From NCBI GenBank assembly GCA_030704615.1, contig CM060733.1, positions 34,348,001 through 34,412,000 of the forward strand: 64,000 nt of DNA, read 5' to 3'. Position numbers and translations under genes: made by a program. Under the pieces are notes generated by a model. It worked only from the letters and a program-made list of their open reading frames with translations. It searched no databases and was not told the origin of the DNA. This stretch comes from Takakia lepidozioides. Lineage: Eukaryota > Plantae > Bryophyta. This document shows, piece by piece, positions 13,601-25,925 of the stretch (its first letter is position 1; each line of letters starts with the position of its first letter).

Positions 13601-13790
13601 TTTCCTTATGTTTTCAGTACTCATGAAGGGATCAAAGACTGAAATGCAACAAAGGTAAAACCCAAAAAGTTTGGCTATATCTGGAAGTTTAAACAGATAT
13701 TGGTCTGGGATAAAGGGGACATAAATTATTCTTGGCCCCCAAAGCTTGCCATTCATGTTTCCCATCCGGGAAGACCATGGAAAAAGGGAT
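10640..13790 (-). mobile_element. Decayed, internally deleted LINE (ORF1 with CCHC knuckle, endonuclease and ORF2 remnants)
   Basis: CFNCGKVGYLKADC in ORF 12867..13565; NIYAPN and GDFNMVE endonuclease motifs at ~11080-11200; similar to the LINE at 31164-49909. Confidence 0.75.
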
Positions 13791-14021
13791 TGCTAAAGCG
13801 TGAGCAAAAAATTCCGTGAGCCAAATTCTGCTCACGCTTCAGGATCTGCTCACCCATAACCGCGGACACCTATTCGGCTTAGAGGACCTATTACTGCAGG
13901 TAGTGTCCAGTACAACATGCATACCAATTCATCGTTATGGATGAATGACGGGTGAATGATGGATGAATGGGCGATGAATGTATGTTGGACGAATGGCACA
14001 TGGATAAATGTAGTTTGTGGA

Positions 14022-14890
14022 TGGTGTGCTATTTGAGGTGGATGACATCTACAAATTGCTCGGACCACATAACTTATGATTCGTTGTCATGTCCTTCTTC
14101 CATGTGACCAAAAATCCATGCTGGGTAAACACCATGTCTTTTGCTTGCAAAGCAAGGGTTAGGTTCATTTTGCAAGTTTTCCAAATATATATATATATTC
14201 CCGAATGTGCCAGGTGTCATTGACGACACCTTAATCTGGCTGGTCTTCTGGTGTGCTATTTGGGGTGAATAGCATCTACAAGTTGCTCGGACCACATAAC
14301 TTATGATTCGTTGTCATGCCTTCTTCCAGGTGACCAGAAAATCCATGCTGGGTAAACGCCAGGTCTTTTGTTTGCAAAGCAGGGGTTGGGTTCATTTGCA
14401 AGTTTTCCCAAATTTTATTTATTTTTATTATTATTATTTTCTCCCGAATGTGCCAGCCTTAATCTGGCTGGTCTTCTGGTGTGCTATTTGGGGTGAATGA
14501 CATCTACAAATTGCTCGGACCACATAACTTATGATTCGTTGTCATGTCCTTCTTCCAGGTGACCAGAAATCCATGTTGGGTAAACGCCAAGTCTTTTGCT
14601 TGCAAAGCAGGGGATGGGTTTATTTGCAAGTTTTCCATTATTTATTTATTTATTCTCCGAATGTGCCAGATTAAGGTGTCGTCCAGATTAAAGTGTCGTC
14701 AACGTCACCTTATTCTGGTTGATCTTCTGGTGTGCTATTTGGGATGAATGGCATGTACAAATTGCTCGAACTACAAAACTTATGATTCATTGTCATGTCC
14801 TTCTTTCTAGTGACTAGAAATCCATGTTGGGTAAACGCCAGGTCTTTTGCTTGCAAAACAGGGGTTGGGTTCATTTGCAAGTTTTTCAAA
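14022..14890. repeat. Tandem repeat, ~230-250-bp unit, ~4 copies
   Basis: CATCTACAAATTGCTCGGACCACATAACTTATGATTC-like block recurs near 14046, 14273, 14501 and 14752. Confidence 0.9.
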
Positions 14891-15366
14891 AAGCAAAAAA
14901 ATAAAAATTAACATTTTTTTTTCTTGTTTTTTCCCTGGTCTTCTGGGCTGGAATTAAGCTTCCGCCAAATTAAAATACACTTATTTAAACTCAACAACAC
15001 ATGGATCCATGCGCACAAGCTTATCGGTAAGGATACACGTTGTTGCAGTCATCCATGGTTCACTCATCTGGGCAATTTTTCATCCGACACTCATCCAACG
15101 TTCATCCAATGTTCATCCATTCCTTTTTACGTTCATCACAGATACATTCATCCGTCAATTTTTCATCGCACATTTGTGCCACATTGTCGTCATGGAGCTT
15201 GTCTGTCTTCGGTCCGATGGAGAGGAGATTGCGTCGTTGCAGTGGAGTTTGCGTCCACGGCAATAGGCCCACTTGTTCCCTCGGTTTTAGGGTCTGCATC
15301 AGTAATCTGCTCACTTTTCAATCTGCTCACACTTCGGGGAATCTGCTCATGCATAAAGAAATCTGC

Positions 15367-15957
15367 TCACGGCTTTGCTGCTCTCCATGGAAAGATATTA
15401 ACATTCATGCCTATGAGGTGGGGGTTGAAGTTCAAGGCTTGAGCTGCCGCCTCATGGGTTTCAAAAACGATAGAGAAGAATCCCCTACCTTTGGCATGAC
15501 ATAAATGCTGTTTTAATTCGCCCGAACCTCCGAGATGACGAATGGCCCATTCCCTTATATAGGCCCAAGAGACCTTTTTCCCTCGAAAGTGGACCAGGAT
15601 TCCACTTTCTTCAAATTCAGTCACCATGATGAAAAGGTCGTCGATGTCGATATCTACCATGGGAAATTCTCCAGTCATTGCCTCCTGCTCCTCTGCACCG
15701 TCGTTGATGAGATCCAAGAGATCCGCGAAGGGTGGTGGTCCGCGAATGGCTGAAGTTCGAAGGACAGCCTGCCCAATTGTGGATGAGCTTGAACTGCAGG
15801 GACGATGATGCGTGCTGGAGGGGTGGGCTCCACTAGCTGAGGCCGCGGAGGAAAGGATGACTGAGCCTGGTGGGCCAGGAAGAAGCCCGTTCCTAAAGAG
15901 GGTTGCGGGTGAAACGAGTGCGGGAGTCTGGAGGGCCCTGAAAGGTAACACTTCCAT
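15367..15957 (-). mobile_element. LINE ORF1 N-terminal fragment (DUF4283/RRM-like)
   Basis: ILVHFRG...KGRGFFSIVFE...AAQAL...IFPW resembles plant LINE ORF1 N-termini and the RGVLIYFPG...GRGFYL segment at ~31450-31600. Confidence 0.65.
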
Positions 15958-17869
15958 GGCTTACTGCTGTGTCCGAGGTGGGAGGCGTCGAGTGGCCCCA
16001 TGGCAAGAGATAGAGCAAGGTTGTGGAGGAGGGTACCGGTAGAGGAAGCAAGAGTTGAGCGATGCGAGTTAAGGGAAATGAGAGCTGGTGACGAGGGAGC
16101 GAGGAGAAGCTTAGTAGAGGTAGACTAGCGGGGGGAGGGGGATGGCGGCTGGGGGAGCCGACCAGGTGGCAGGGATGAAATTATAGGACTTGAAGGTGAC
16201 GGCTTTAGCAAAGGCGTGGGAAGCCAGAGGTTGATGAATGGCGCCGCATATTGCCTTAGAAGTTAAGATGGTGGGTCAGGACGATGAAGGACGTACGATG
16301 ATGTTAATATGTGAAGGTGTTGATTAAGAAGAAGGATGATGTTAAAACAAGTGCAAGAAGCTTAAACCAAGTGCAAGAAGCAAGTGCAAAGAGCAAATCT
16401 GATTTATGAAACTTAGTGCAAGGAATAAAGGTTAGGACAGAATAATCCATGGACTGCTGGTATAGTCCACCCAGAATCGATCGGGATGGCGAAGCAACGA
16501 GAGAGACGAAGAGACGAAGAGACCGTTGGGGGCCTCGCTCTCTCACCGCGAACTGCGGAGCTCCTCCGCTGCGCCATCGCAGTCTTTTCTGTATTTTCAA
16601 TCTTACATTTACCCTCCGGTTAAGGGTATATTGCTGCTAGTGGATTTGAAGGATATAAATAAATAATAAAAATTCACCTTTATGCCCGGTATAGTCAAAT
16701 ATATGTATATTTATATTGTTTGTCTAGTTACATGTTCAAGATATATGAATGATATATTCAACATTGCTTGTAATAAAATAATCCAAGGTAACTTAGCTAC
16801 ATAACACAACTGCTCCAAAAACTAAGATTGTATAGAGGATGGTTGGAGCACAAGCTATATTGGAAGCGCCACAAAAGGGCCACAAAAGGGATTGATCTGC
16901 AAGTGCCACAAGAGATTGGGGCTAGCTGAGCTTAAATACACCATGGGCAAGGGTGACAACCAAGTTGTAGCCCACTGGTCATGCAAACATACCACCTTCG
17001 AAGTGGTTTTGGGTTCAATCTACCTATAGGTGTCACAAAAGGTGTCCAGTGTCCACTTTCCTCCCTAGAGCTAGGTGCGATTGCTAGGTGATACCAACTC
17101 CTGTAATAAAACTCTCCCCCATTTATCTCGTCGTTGCCAGCTTCAAGTAGTGTTTATGGGTCTATGCACATATGATCTGACCTAGCTACAGGTGAGGATC
17201 ATGTCATGTTTATGGTTTTCAAAAGACTGTTCAAAACAGCGCAGCTCTCGACAAGGGCTGTTCACAAGAATAGCCACATTGAAAAGGACAGTTTTCTTTG
17301 GAGGAGCTTTGGCTCTATCTAGTAGGGTTGGCTGAGGCATGTGAAGATGTCATTACTTATGTAAAGGGCAAACCATTTGCACCCCAACAAGTAGCACATT
17401 GCCCAATGGTTGGCCAGCGGTCATTCGAGTGAACGAGTCTTGCAGATGAGGTACTCCAGATCTACAAAGTATACCCACCCCAAACCATGTCAATATTCTA
17501 AATTGACATTCACGTTTCAATTAATTAATTAATTCATGTTTGCTATTTGCTTTTTTTTTTGGGGGCCCTGCCTTTGCAGAGCCCACTATTTATTAATTTA
17601 GTAGGTAGTAAAGGGGGGGGGGGCTCCCTTATATACCCTCTCAGGGGGGTGGGACCCTTCTAGAAGCCCACCAACCCTCGGACACTTCTAGAAGGCGCTG
17701 GACACATGTCAATCCTACAAGACTCTCTATTCTAAATTCAGCCAATTCCTCCCTTCTTTTTTTGGACCCTCTCATCTCATTCCTTAATACACGTGGCCTT
17801 CCTACATAAGCGCCCCACTCTAATTCCTGGGCCACAGTAATTCCTGGACCACTCTACAATCAGGGCCGA

Positions 17870-18457
17870 ATCAAACTGCTCTATATATTATGTATTATTT
17901 TGAATTCTTCAATGGATTACATGCCCCTGCTCTAGAAAACCTTTTGTGCAATCTCTTACGTCACCCGATATTTATGTCATCCGATTTGGCTTATAGATTG
18001 CTGGTTCGTCCATAAATCATTTCTTGCGTGGATGAAGAAAGAGTTCCCATATATTTGTGTGCTATTTATTCCTGCAAATTGCACATCAAAGCTCCAACTT
18101 GCAGATGTCATTCTTCATCTGCTTTTGAAATGTGGTTTCACAACACCGTTCAAGCATGGTCGTGGTAGCATCAATTCAATATCAATTGAGAATGGTGTCT
18201 AAATGTTCAGCTTGATCTCAGAATAGGTACACTACGTAAGAAGTTGTGTACTTGGCTTCTGGATACTTGGAAAGTTGTGGGATGTCAGACAGAGATAATT
18301 GTGAAAGGGTGGGGCAAGTGTGGGTTGTTGATGGCATTTGACAAAGGTTTTAAGCAGAGGCTATGGAATCAAATGCACATGCTTCCTTGTTTTCCAACTT
18401 GGAGGACGGTTGTGAAGATATTCATGAACAACAAGACATGGAGGAGTTGTTTGAAGA
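17870..18457 (+). mobile_element. pogo/Tigger-like DDE transposase relic, target of DNMT-Gypsy copy 1 (resumes at 29789)
   Basis: FIPANCTSKLQLADV and IVKGWGKCG resemble DDE_1 motifs; removing the insertion and one AAGA restores GAGGAGTTGTTTGAAGATCATGGATAT (EELFEDHGY). Confidence 0.6.
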
Positions 18458-19964
18458 TGTCAAGTTATTTTACCACTAGTGTGAAACTAGCTAGGAAATA
18501 GCTAGCTTTTACATATTGACATTTGGGATTGGCCCAAGTGTCAATCCAGGGGTCAAGGCAGATTTAGGCCCTGGAGTGGTTATCTTCACGGCAAGCGTGG
18601 AGGCTCATCTTTCTCGAGTTGAGCCTCACCGCGCCTAGCTATGGCGCCGTAGTGTGGATTCCCCATGGCGTGGGGTGCACTTGGCTTGACTTGTATTTGA
18701 GTGATGAGGTTATATATGCATGAGTTTATGCTTCGGCTTTGTGAGCTCGCATGAGCTTGTGCTTGTATTCTTCCTCTTTATCACTCGAGAAAGATGAGCT
18801 CGTATCTATGAGTGCTAGATACGAGTTAGTTGTAGCACTTGTGGTTTTTGCTTGAGAATGAGAGAAACCAAGTTGTTATGCAAGGAGCACCGTGGAGCTC
18901 TTGGTTGTTAGAAGCGGAGGCGATGTGGGTTACGAGGTGGTAAACCTTGGCATTCGATCTTCAGCTTCAGAGATGAAAGCACCATACTGCAGGACCCAAG
19001 CGAAAGGGCTATTGGCTTGGGGCAAATCAGTGCACTTTGTGGAGTATGGTGAGATTGGGTTTCAATCCGAGCTTCAGCATTGAGAGGGCTCTTTCATGGC
19101 GCGAGAGGGCAGGGTTGTGGAACAAGAGCTAAGAGGTGCGGCAAGGCCATGGAATGTGCACCTAGGGTTACAGAGCTTGGAAGAAGAGCTCTTGCACCAC
19201 AAGAGAAGTGTCTTGTGGCTGGAAATGTAAGCCTTAGGGTTTCAGGAGCTTGGCAAAGGCTATGGAGTGCTTAGTCTTGTCATAGAGAGCATCAAGGAGC
19301 CAAGGAGCCAAGATAGGGGGCTGATATCTCTTGTGTGAAGAGGTTGCATGTGTGGAGCATGTATTCAGCTCATTGAAAGCTTCACTTCAAGCTTGGAGGG
19401 CAAGCAAGGAAGAGGGAAGGGCTGACTTCCTTTTATGTGAGGGCAATGTATGTGGGAGCATGCCTTCAGCCCATTGAGGCTCTTGTTTTCAAGCCTTAGA
19501 GAGCTAGAACGGAAGGTCTAGGGCTGGTTTCCACTTGGAGTGAAAGAACAGCACTTGTAGGGCCTATGTGAGTTGGGGTTTCAACTTCAAGCTTGAAGGG
19601 AGCGCAACTCTTGAAGCAACAGGTGTAGAGGGCTGGAATAGTCTCTAAGACAGATGCTATGGCCAAGGAGAGTGCTTGAATGAGTGCTCACAAGGGCTGG
19701 GAACCAGCAGGGCTTGGTTGTTTGCCATTGAGTTTAGTGGCGTGTTTGGGTAGGCTAAGTGAGAAAGAAGGCTTGGTTTGTGGCAACCACCTCATGGCTT
19801 AGGGCTACTATGGTGGTGTGTGGGAGCCGAAAGAGCAAGGATACCTTGCTGATTTCTCACAGCCACCATAGCTCGGTGGAAAGAAGCCTAGAGTCCAAGA
19901 GACACAAACCCTAGCTTGGCGTGGCTAAACCCCTTGGAGAAATGGCTAAACTGCCAGAGCGGCC

Positions 19965-21800
19965 ATGGTGGGGCTGTGGGGAGGTGTGTGCTGTGGGTGT
20001 GTGTGACAGGGTTTGTGGTGGCGAGCATGGTGTGTGACGGGCTTGTGACGGGCTGTGACAGGCTGTGGCAAGCGATGGGCTTGACAGGCTGTGCCCTGTG
20101 CCCTGTGGGGCTGTGACGGGCTGTGTCAGGCTGTGACAGGCTATGCCCGTGGCCTTTTGGGCTGTGACGGGCTGTGCGGGGCTGTGTGACAGGCTGTGCC
20201 TGAGGCCTGTGGGGGGCTGTGACGGGCTGTGACAGGCGGCGTGCCTGAGGGCCTTTGAGGCTGTGTGTGAGGGGCTGTGAGGGGCTGTGACAGGCCGTGC
20301 CAAGGCCTTTGGGCTGTGGTGTGCGGGCTGTGAGGGCTGTGACAGGCCGTGCCCATGGCTTTGGGGCTCTGACGGGCTGTGAGGGGCTGTTGTGACAGGC
20401 CGTGCCTGAGGCCTTTGGGGCTGTGAGGGGCTGTGACAGGCCCTGCCGAGGCCTTTGGGGGCTTGTGACAGGCCGTGCCTGAGGCCTTTGAGGCTGTGAC
20501 GGCTGGAGGGCTGTGAGGTGTGGTGACAGGGCGTGCCCTGGCTTTGGGGCTGTGACGGGGCTGTGAGGGGCTGTGACAGGCCGCGCCTGAGGCCTTTGGG
20601 GGCTGTGATGGGCTGTGAGGGGCTGTGTGACAGGCCGTGCCTGAGGCCTTTGGGGCTGTGATGGGCTGTGACAGGCCGTGCCTGAGGCTTTGGGCTTTTG
20701 ACGGGCTGTGAGGGGCTGTGAGGGGTGTGACAGTCGTGCTGAGGCCTTTGAGGCTGTGACGGGCTGTGACAGGCTGTGCCATGGCCTTTGGGGCTGTGAC
20801 GGGCTGTGACAGGCCGTGCCCATGGCCTTTGGGGCTGTGACGGGCTGTGAGGGGCTGTGACAGGCCGTGCCTGAGGCCTTTGGGGCTGTGGTGTGATGGG
20901 CTGTGAGGGGCTGACTGTGACAGGCCCTGCCTGAGGCCTTGGGGCTGTGATGGGCTGTGACAGGCCGTGCCTGAGGCCTTTGAGGCTGTGTGTGACGGCT
21001 GTGACAGGCCGTGCCCATGGCCTTTGGGGGCTGACAGGCTGTGACGGGCTGTGACAGGCCGTGCCTGAGGCCTTTGGGCTGTGACGGGCTGTGAGGGGCT
21101 GTGACAGGCTGTGACACGGTTGGTGCTGATGGCCTTGGGGCTGTGATGGGGCTGTGACAGGCCGTGCCTGAGGCTTTGAGGCCTTTGAGGCTGTGACGGG
21201 CTGTGAGGGGCTGTGAAGGCCGGCCCAAGGCTTTGGGGCTGTGCGGGTGTGTGTGATGTGGCTGTGACGGCTGTGAGGGGCTGTGACAGGCCGTGCCTGA
21301 GGCCTTTGGGGCTGTGACGGGCTGTGAGGGGCTGTGACAGGCCGTGCCTGAGGCTTTGAGGCTGTGAGGGCTGTGAGGGCTGTGACAGTCCGTGCCTGAG
21401 GCCTTTGAGGCTGTGACGGGCTGTGAGGGGCTGTGTGCAGGCCGTGCCCATGGCCTTTGGGGCTGTGGACGGGCTGTGAGGGGCTGTGACAGGCCGTGCC
21501 TGAGGCCTTTGGGGCTGTGACGGGCTGTGAGGGGCTGTGACAGGCCGGGCTGAGGCCTTTGGGGCTGTGATGGGCTGTGACAGGCCGTGCCATGGCCTTT
21601 GGGGCTGTGACGGGCTGTGTTGGACAGCGCGCCTGAGGCCTTTGGGTCTGTGACGGGCTGTGAGGGCTGTGACAGGCTGTGCCTGAGGCCTTTGGGGCTG
21701 TGACGAGCTGTGAGGGGCTTGTGTGACAGGCTGTGCCCAGTGGCCTGTGGACTGTGACGGCTGTGACCAGTGAGCTGTGTGGGCTGTGCTGGTCTGTGGT
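19965..21800. repeat. G/T-rich minisatellite in the 5' leader of copy 1
   Basis: Iterated GGGCTGTGA(C/G) and CAGGCCGTGCCTGAGGCCTTTG units. Confidence 0.95.
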
Positions 21801-24800
21801 GGCCCGTTGACCTGTGGATGGCCTGTGCTGACTCGTGGAGGCACTGGTGGACTAAGGACTGGCATGTGGTCTGGAAGGCCGAATTTTGAAGCTCGTGGAG
21901 GGCGGTTGAGGAGTATCTTCATGATATTCCCATGGTCATGCAAGTCAGGTGTAGGCTATGTTAGGAACTTAGTATTCCAAACCATAAGCCGCAACAGGTT
22001 CTCTACCCGGTTACCTTGTGGAGAGGGGGTTAGGGACATGTTCATGACCGGTTGAGTGTCAACACGGAGGTGCCACTAGTTGCTGGGGACAGTGCCGGTT
22101 CGAGCACTAGCGATACTAGTGGGTACACGAGACGAGGTGTGCGGTTTAGGCCACCTTCACCTCCTGTGTCTTCCACGGAAGGTTCTGATTCGGATTGTGA
22201 ATCAGGAGGGCTCATACCGGCGGTGCAAGTTGTTTCTTTGCCATTGTTGTGGGACACAATGGAGGAGATGTATGGAGCTACCAAGGGGCCACGAAGGTAC
22301 TCTGGGGCGGTGGGCACCATTGAGTTGGATGATTTTATCCAAGAGTTTGATAGTTGGTGTGATTTGCAGCAAATGCGCAATCCACAACTATTTACGCCGT
22401 TCATGGCATGGAAAGGGCTGTTTCAGCACCTTGAGGGGCCGCCTATGGATGATTACCATGAGTTCAGGCGGGGGCATGAGGTTGAGATCGAGGAGTGGAG
22501 GATGTACTGGTCACCCGACTATGTCTCCATCACTAGGGGCACTAGAGCCACGAGGGCAGTGTGGCTACACCTGCCGCTGCACCGGCAGCTTCAGCAAGCA
22601 GCAGTGGGACTGGTGGTACAGTAGCTACGACGTCCACCCAAGCCACTACCGCACCAGCACTAGCACCCGTGCCTGCCTTCAACCCTGTTGTGGAGTTCTT
22701 CGAAGAGTTGAGAGGGAACTACCAAGGGGTGAGGACAGAGAAGTTGCGGAGCTTGCAAGAGTTCCAACGGAAGCCGACCGAGAGCTTGAGGGAGGCTTTC
22801 ACTCGCATGAGGCGCTTGATAAATGTAACCCAAGGGGTTACGGAAGCTCAGGCAGTCCAATTCTGGTATGGGATATTGGACAAGGAGCTGAGGAGAAGGG
22901 TGCGGGATGCAACTCTCCTACAAGCGGCCCAACCCACCTTAGCAAATGTGTTTTTGCTGGCAGAGCGGATAGAGCTCAACATGGTGGAGGAACGAGTGGT
23001 CATGGTGGGATTTGCTAAGGAGACACCACGGGGTAGTGGTGCTCCTAGCCAACCACTACCTCAACGTGCTCAAGGCAACAAGGGGGCTCAGGTGAAGCTC
23101 AGGGAAGGGCAGAGAGGACCTCAGATGCAGGGGTCTCTCCCTTCATTTGCTGGCCAACAACGGGCGGATGTGGTGTGCTGGACATGTGGAGGACCCCATG
23201 TCAAGAAGGATTGTCCAGAGGGAGGCAAAGGGCGGCACATGCACAGCCTGCACAGTTACAGTGTGGGCATTGTGGCAAACACGGGCATGGAGAGGCTCAG
23301 TGTTATGGTTTGCATCCTGAGTTGCGCCCAGGCCAGTTCCAAGGGAACAATGGTGGCCGGGGGCGAGGTGGAGCAGCCCAGAGGGACGAGGTGGCCAGCC
23401 ACGAGGTGCAGGCCAAGGGCAAGCTCAACGTGGCCAAGGACGCGGAGGTCAGGGTGTTGACCAAGGCATGGCCAACCGGCTTCAGCAGCTAGAGCAGAGG
23501 CTCGCTGCCATGGCTACAGCTCAGGTGGTACCGGCTCTAAGGCCGGATGGTCCACCTCCTGCTCCTGAGGGAGGAGATATGGGAGGCATGGGATTCATGT
23601 GTGGAGCAGCACTACCACTAGTGCAGGTGGAGTCTGCTGCAGCCGTGACTCGAGGAGCAGCACGAGTTCCTGAGCCACGAGGTGCAGAGGTGGAGTTGGA
23701 TCCACAGCGTGGGGAGGCAAGCCGTCAGGCTAGGCTTCCTCAGTCATTCACATTGGCGGAGACAGTGTCGACGCCATCCATGGCACCTAGTTCTCGCCCG
23801 ACTGTTACCGAGGCGGAGGTTACTATGCCATTATTGGGGAGAGCTACACGGGTAGCACCACTACCTAGTGTTGCCAAGGCTACGGCAGCTAGTGTGCTGC
23901 TAGGAGCGGCCACATCTGTGTGCCAGGCTCCATTGTTCTCGGCTACCATGATTGCGACGCCGGGGGTAAGACCAGCTGAGGTGTTCAGGCTGGCAGCTAC
24001 ACTCTGTGAGAGTGGGGAGGTTACTTCATCTTCTGCGGAGATAGTGGGAGGTGTAGTGCCGGAGGGATCCTCGGATTTGAGGGTCAAGACTGCCACGGCG
24101 GCGCCATGGCAAGCTGCAGCTGCCAGGTTGATGGAGCTGCCAGCTAGGCCAGCCATTGAGCGCGCCATGGTGACACCTGGAGTTGTCATGTTAGACAACC
24201 AGGATGGCATTTTCTGTTTGAGTGGACCGGCAGGCAAGAGGTACCGGCCACTGCGAGTCTTGTTGGACTCGGGAGCTCAGCCACTGATGCTGGGCAGAGC
24301 TGCTATTGCAGGCTTGGGCCTCACGGAGGCGGATATGGAGCCTTGTCCTTTCCAGATACAGACGTCTCTGGGAGGATCGGAGCAGGCTCGGGGCATGACA
24401 CGGCATGAGTTGGCTATCAGACTACGGCCGGATCACCCTATAGATGGCTCAGTGATGCGAGCCAAGGCCATTGTGACAGACGCAGTCTCATACGATGTCT
24501 GGTTGGTGGGGCAGTGTTGTACCCATGGGCTTCACTGGATTTTGGGAGGAGTCAGATCCTATAGGCCTGCATGGCCAGTCAGGGGAGGGCCGGCGTGTGC
24601 AGCTCCCTGTGACGTTCATAGGAGGAGTGCGGTTGCCCAGCGAGCAAGTGCCGACACTAGCAGCATTCACAGCGGCAGTGAGTTGGCTAGAGAGTTGCTT
24701 GAGGGCAATGCTCATTCAGAGGATGACCACCTCCGGGAGAGAAGAGATGACATGTATGGTATGGCGGAGTTGCCTACCATGGTTGCTCAGACTCCATTGT

Positions 24801-24959
24801 GGGGCACGAACAAGGATTTGCAGCGGGATGCTGATCGACGGGTGCAACAAGCCTGGGTGGAGGCTTTTGTACCGTCAGGAGAGGAGGAGGTGTGGGGGAT
24901 TGCACCAGGACCACCTCAATTGTCTCCATTGGACACCACACCTATTGTGTGGCAGTCTC

Positions 24960-25925
24960 CGGATGAAGGCATTTGTCTTCTGGACTTGTTTGGCGGGATC
25001 AGCACCGATTGGCTGCTGTGTGTTACAGGCAGGTGTACGAGTTCGGCGTTACATATATGTGGAGAGGGATGAGACTGCACGACGCGTTTCACTTCGCATG
25101 TTGCTTAGTTGGCAGCGGTACCCTGAGTTGTTGTCGGTGTCTGCAATTCGTGGATATCAGCAGGCCTTGCCAGCAGACATTTCGTTGCTGGGGGTGCAGG
25201 ATTGGAGCGGGTTGGCTCCATTGATCTGGTAGTGGCAGGTTGGCCCTGCCAAGGGCATTCATCAGCCGGGCATGGCAATGGATTGCGAGACTCGAGGTCG
25301 GGTCTGTTTGGGAGATGGTACGGGTTTTGCGCCACTTGCAGCTTCATCAAGCTGTATCTCCAGCATACATCTTGGAGAATGTGCCACTGATGGGCGATTC
25401 TCGGGCCAGGGTGATGGCCAGTGTGCATCAAGTCGGTCGTGGCTTGGGACAGCAGTGTTGCTAGATGCAGCTACAGTGGGGTCACGGGCTCATCGTCCAC
25501 GGCTATGGTGGACTAAAATGATGCCACCCGCACTGCTCAAGCGGTGCATTTGATGGGGTGCAGCGGCCAGCACAATCTCACAGTGGATAACATTCTGGAC
25601 ACAGGGAGGCAGTCTCAACGTGTGAGACACGATGACCGTTCGCCTTTGGCAGTGGTCAACAAGGTGGGTCAACCACGAGCAGCATTACCTACACTGCTCA
25701 GCTTCCCAGGATCGCATGCTTTCCGGGATAGTGGACCTGGCCTCCTGTGGGATGCTCAGTTGCAGCAGTTAGTGGAGCCTAATGCTGACGAGCGTGAGCG
25801 GGCAATGGGTTTTACCACTGGTACCACGGCGGTGTCGTCTCTTTCTGAGGCATCACGTCGTCAAGTGTTGGGGCAAGCAATGGATCTCAATTGCTTGACC
25901 TGGATTATCAGCTTGGCTCTAGCTG
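24960..25925 (+). pseudogene. C5 cytosine DNA methyltransferase domain (DNMT3-like) within pol, copy 1
   Basis: Motifs in order: I LLDLFGGIS, II YVERD, IV VVAGWPCQG, VI ILENV, VIII RAHRPRLWW, IX ERERAMGF, X RRQVLGQAM; split by 1-nt indels. Confidence 0.9.

Noticed and set aside
18458-18800. Hammerhead ribozyme (retrozyme-like) at the element ends
   Set aside because: No CTGANGA...GAAA core with matching stems found by eye; other ribozyme classes were not excluded.
19888-21943. Long minus-strand ORFs of 446-600 aa (and similar ones at 34684-36522)
   Set aside because: All three frames are open because the minisatellite lacks stops on that strand; the products are low-complexity and not conserved between copies.
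24960-25925. Bacterial contamination or a restriction-modification methylase
   Set aside because: The domain lies inside a Gypsy polyprotein in both copies, with TSDs in eukaryotic transposon DNA and no cognate endonuclease.
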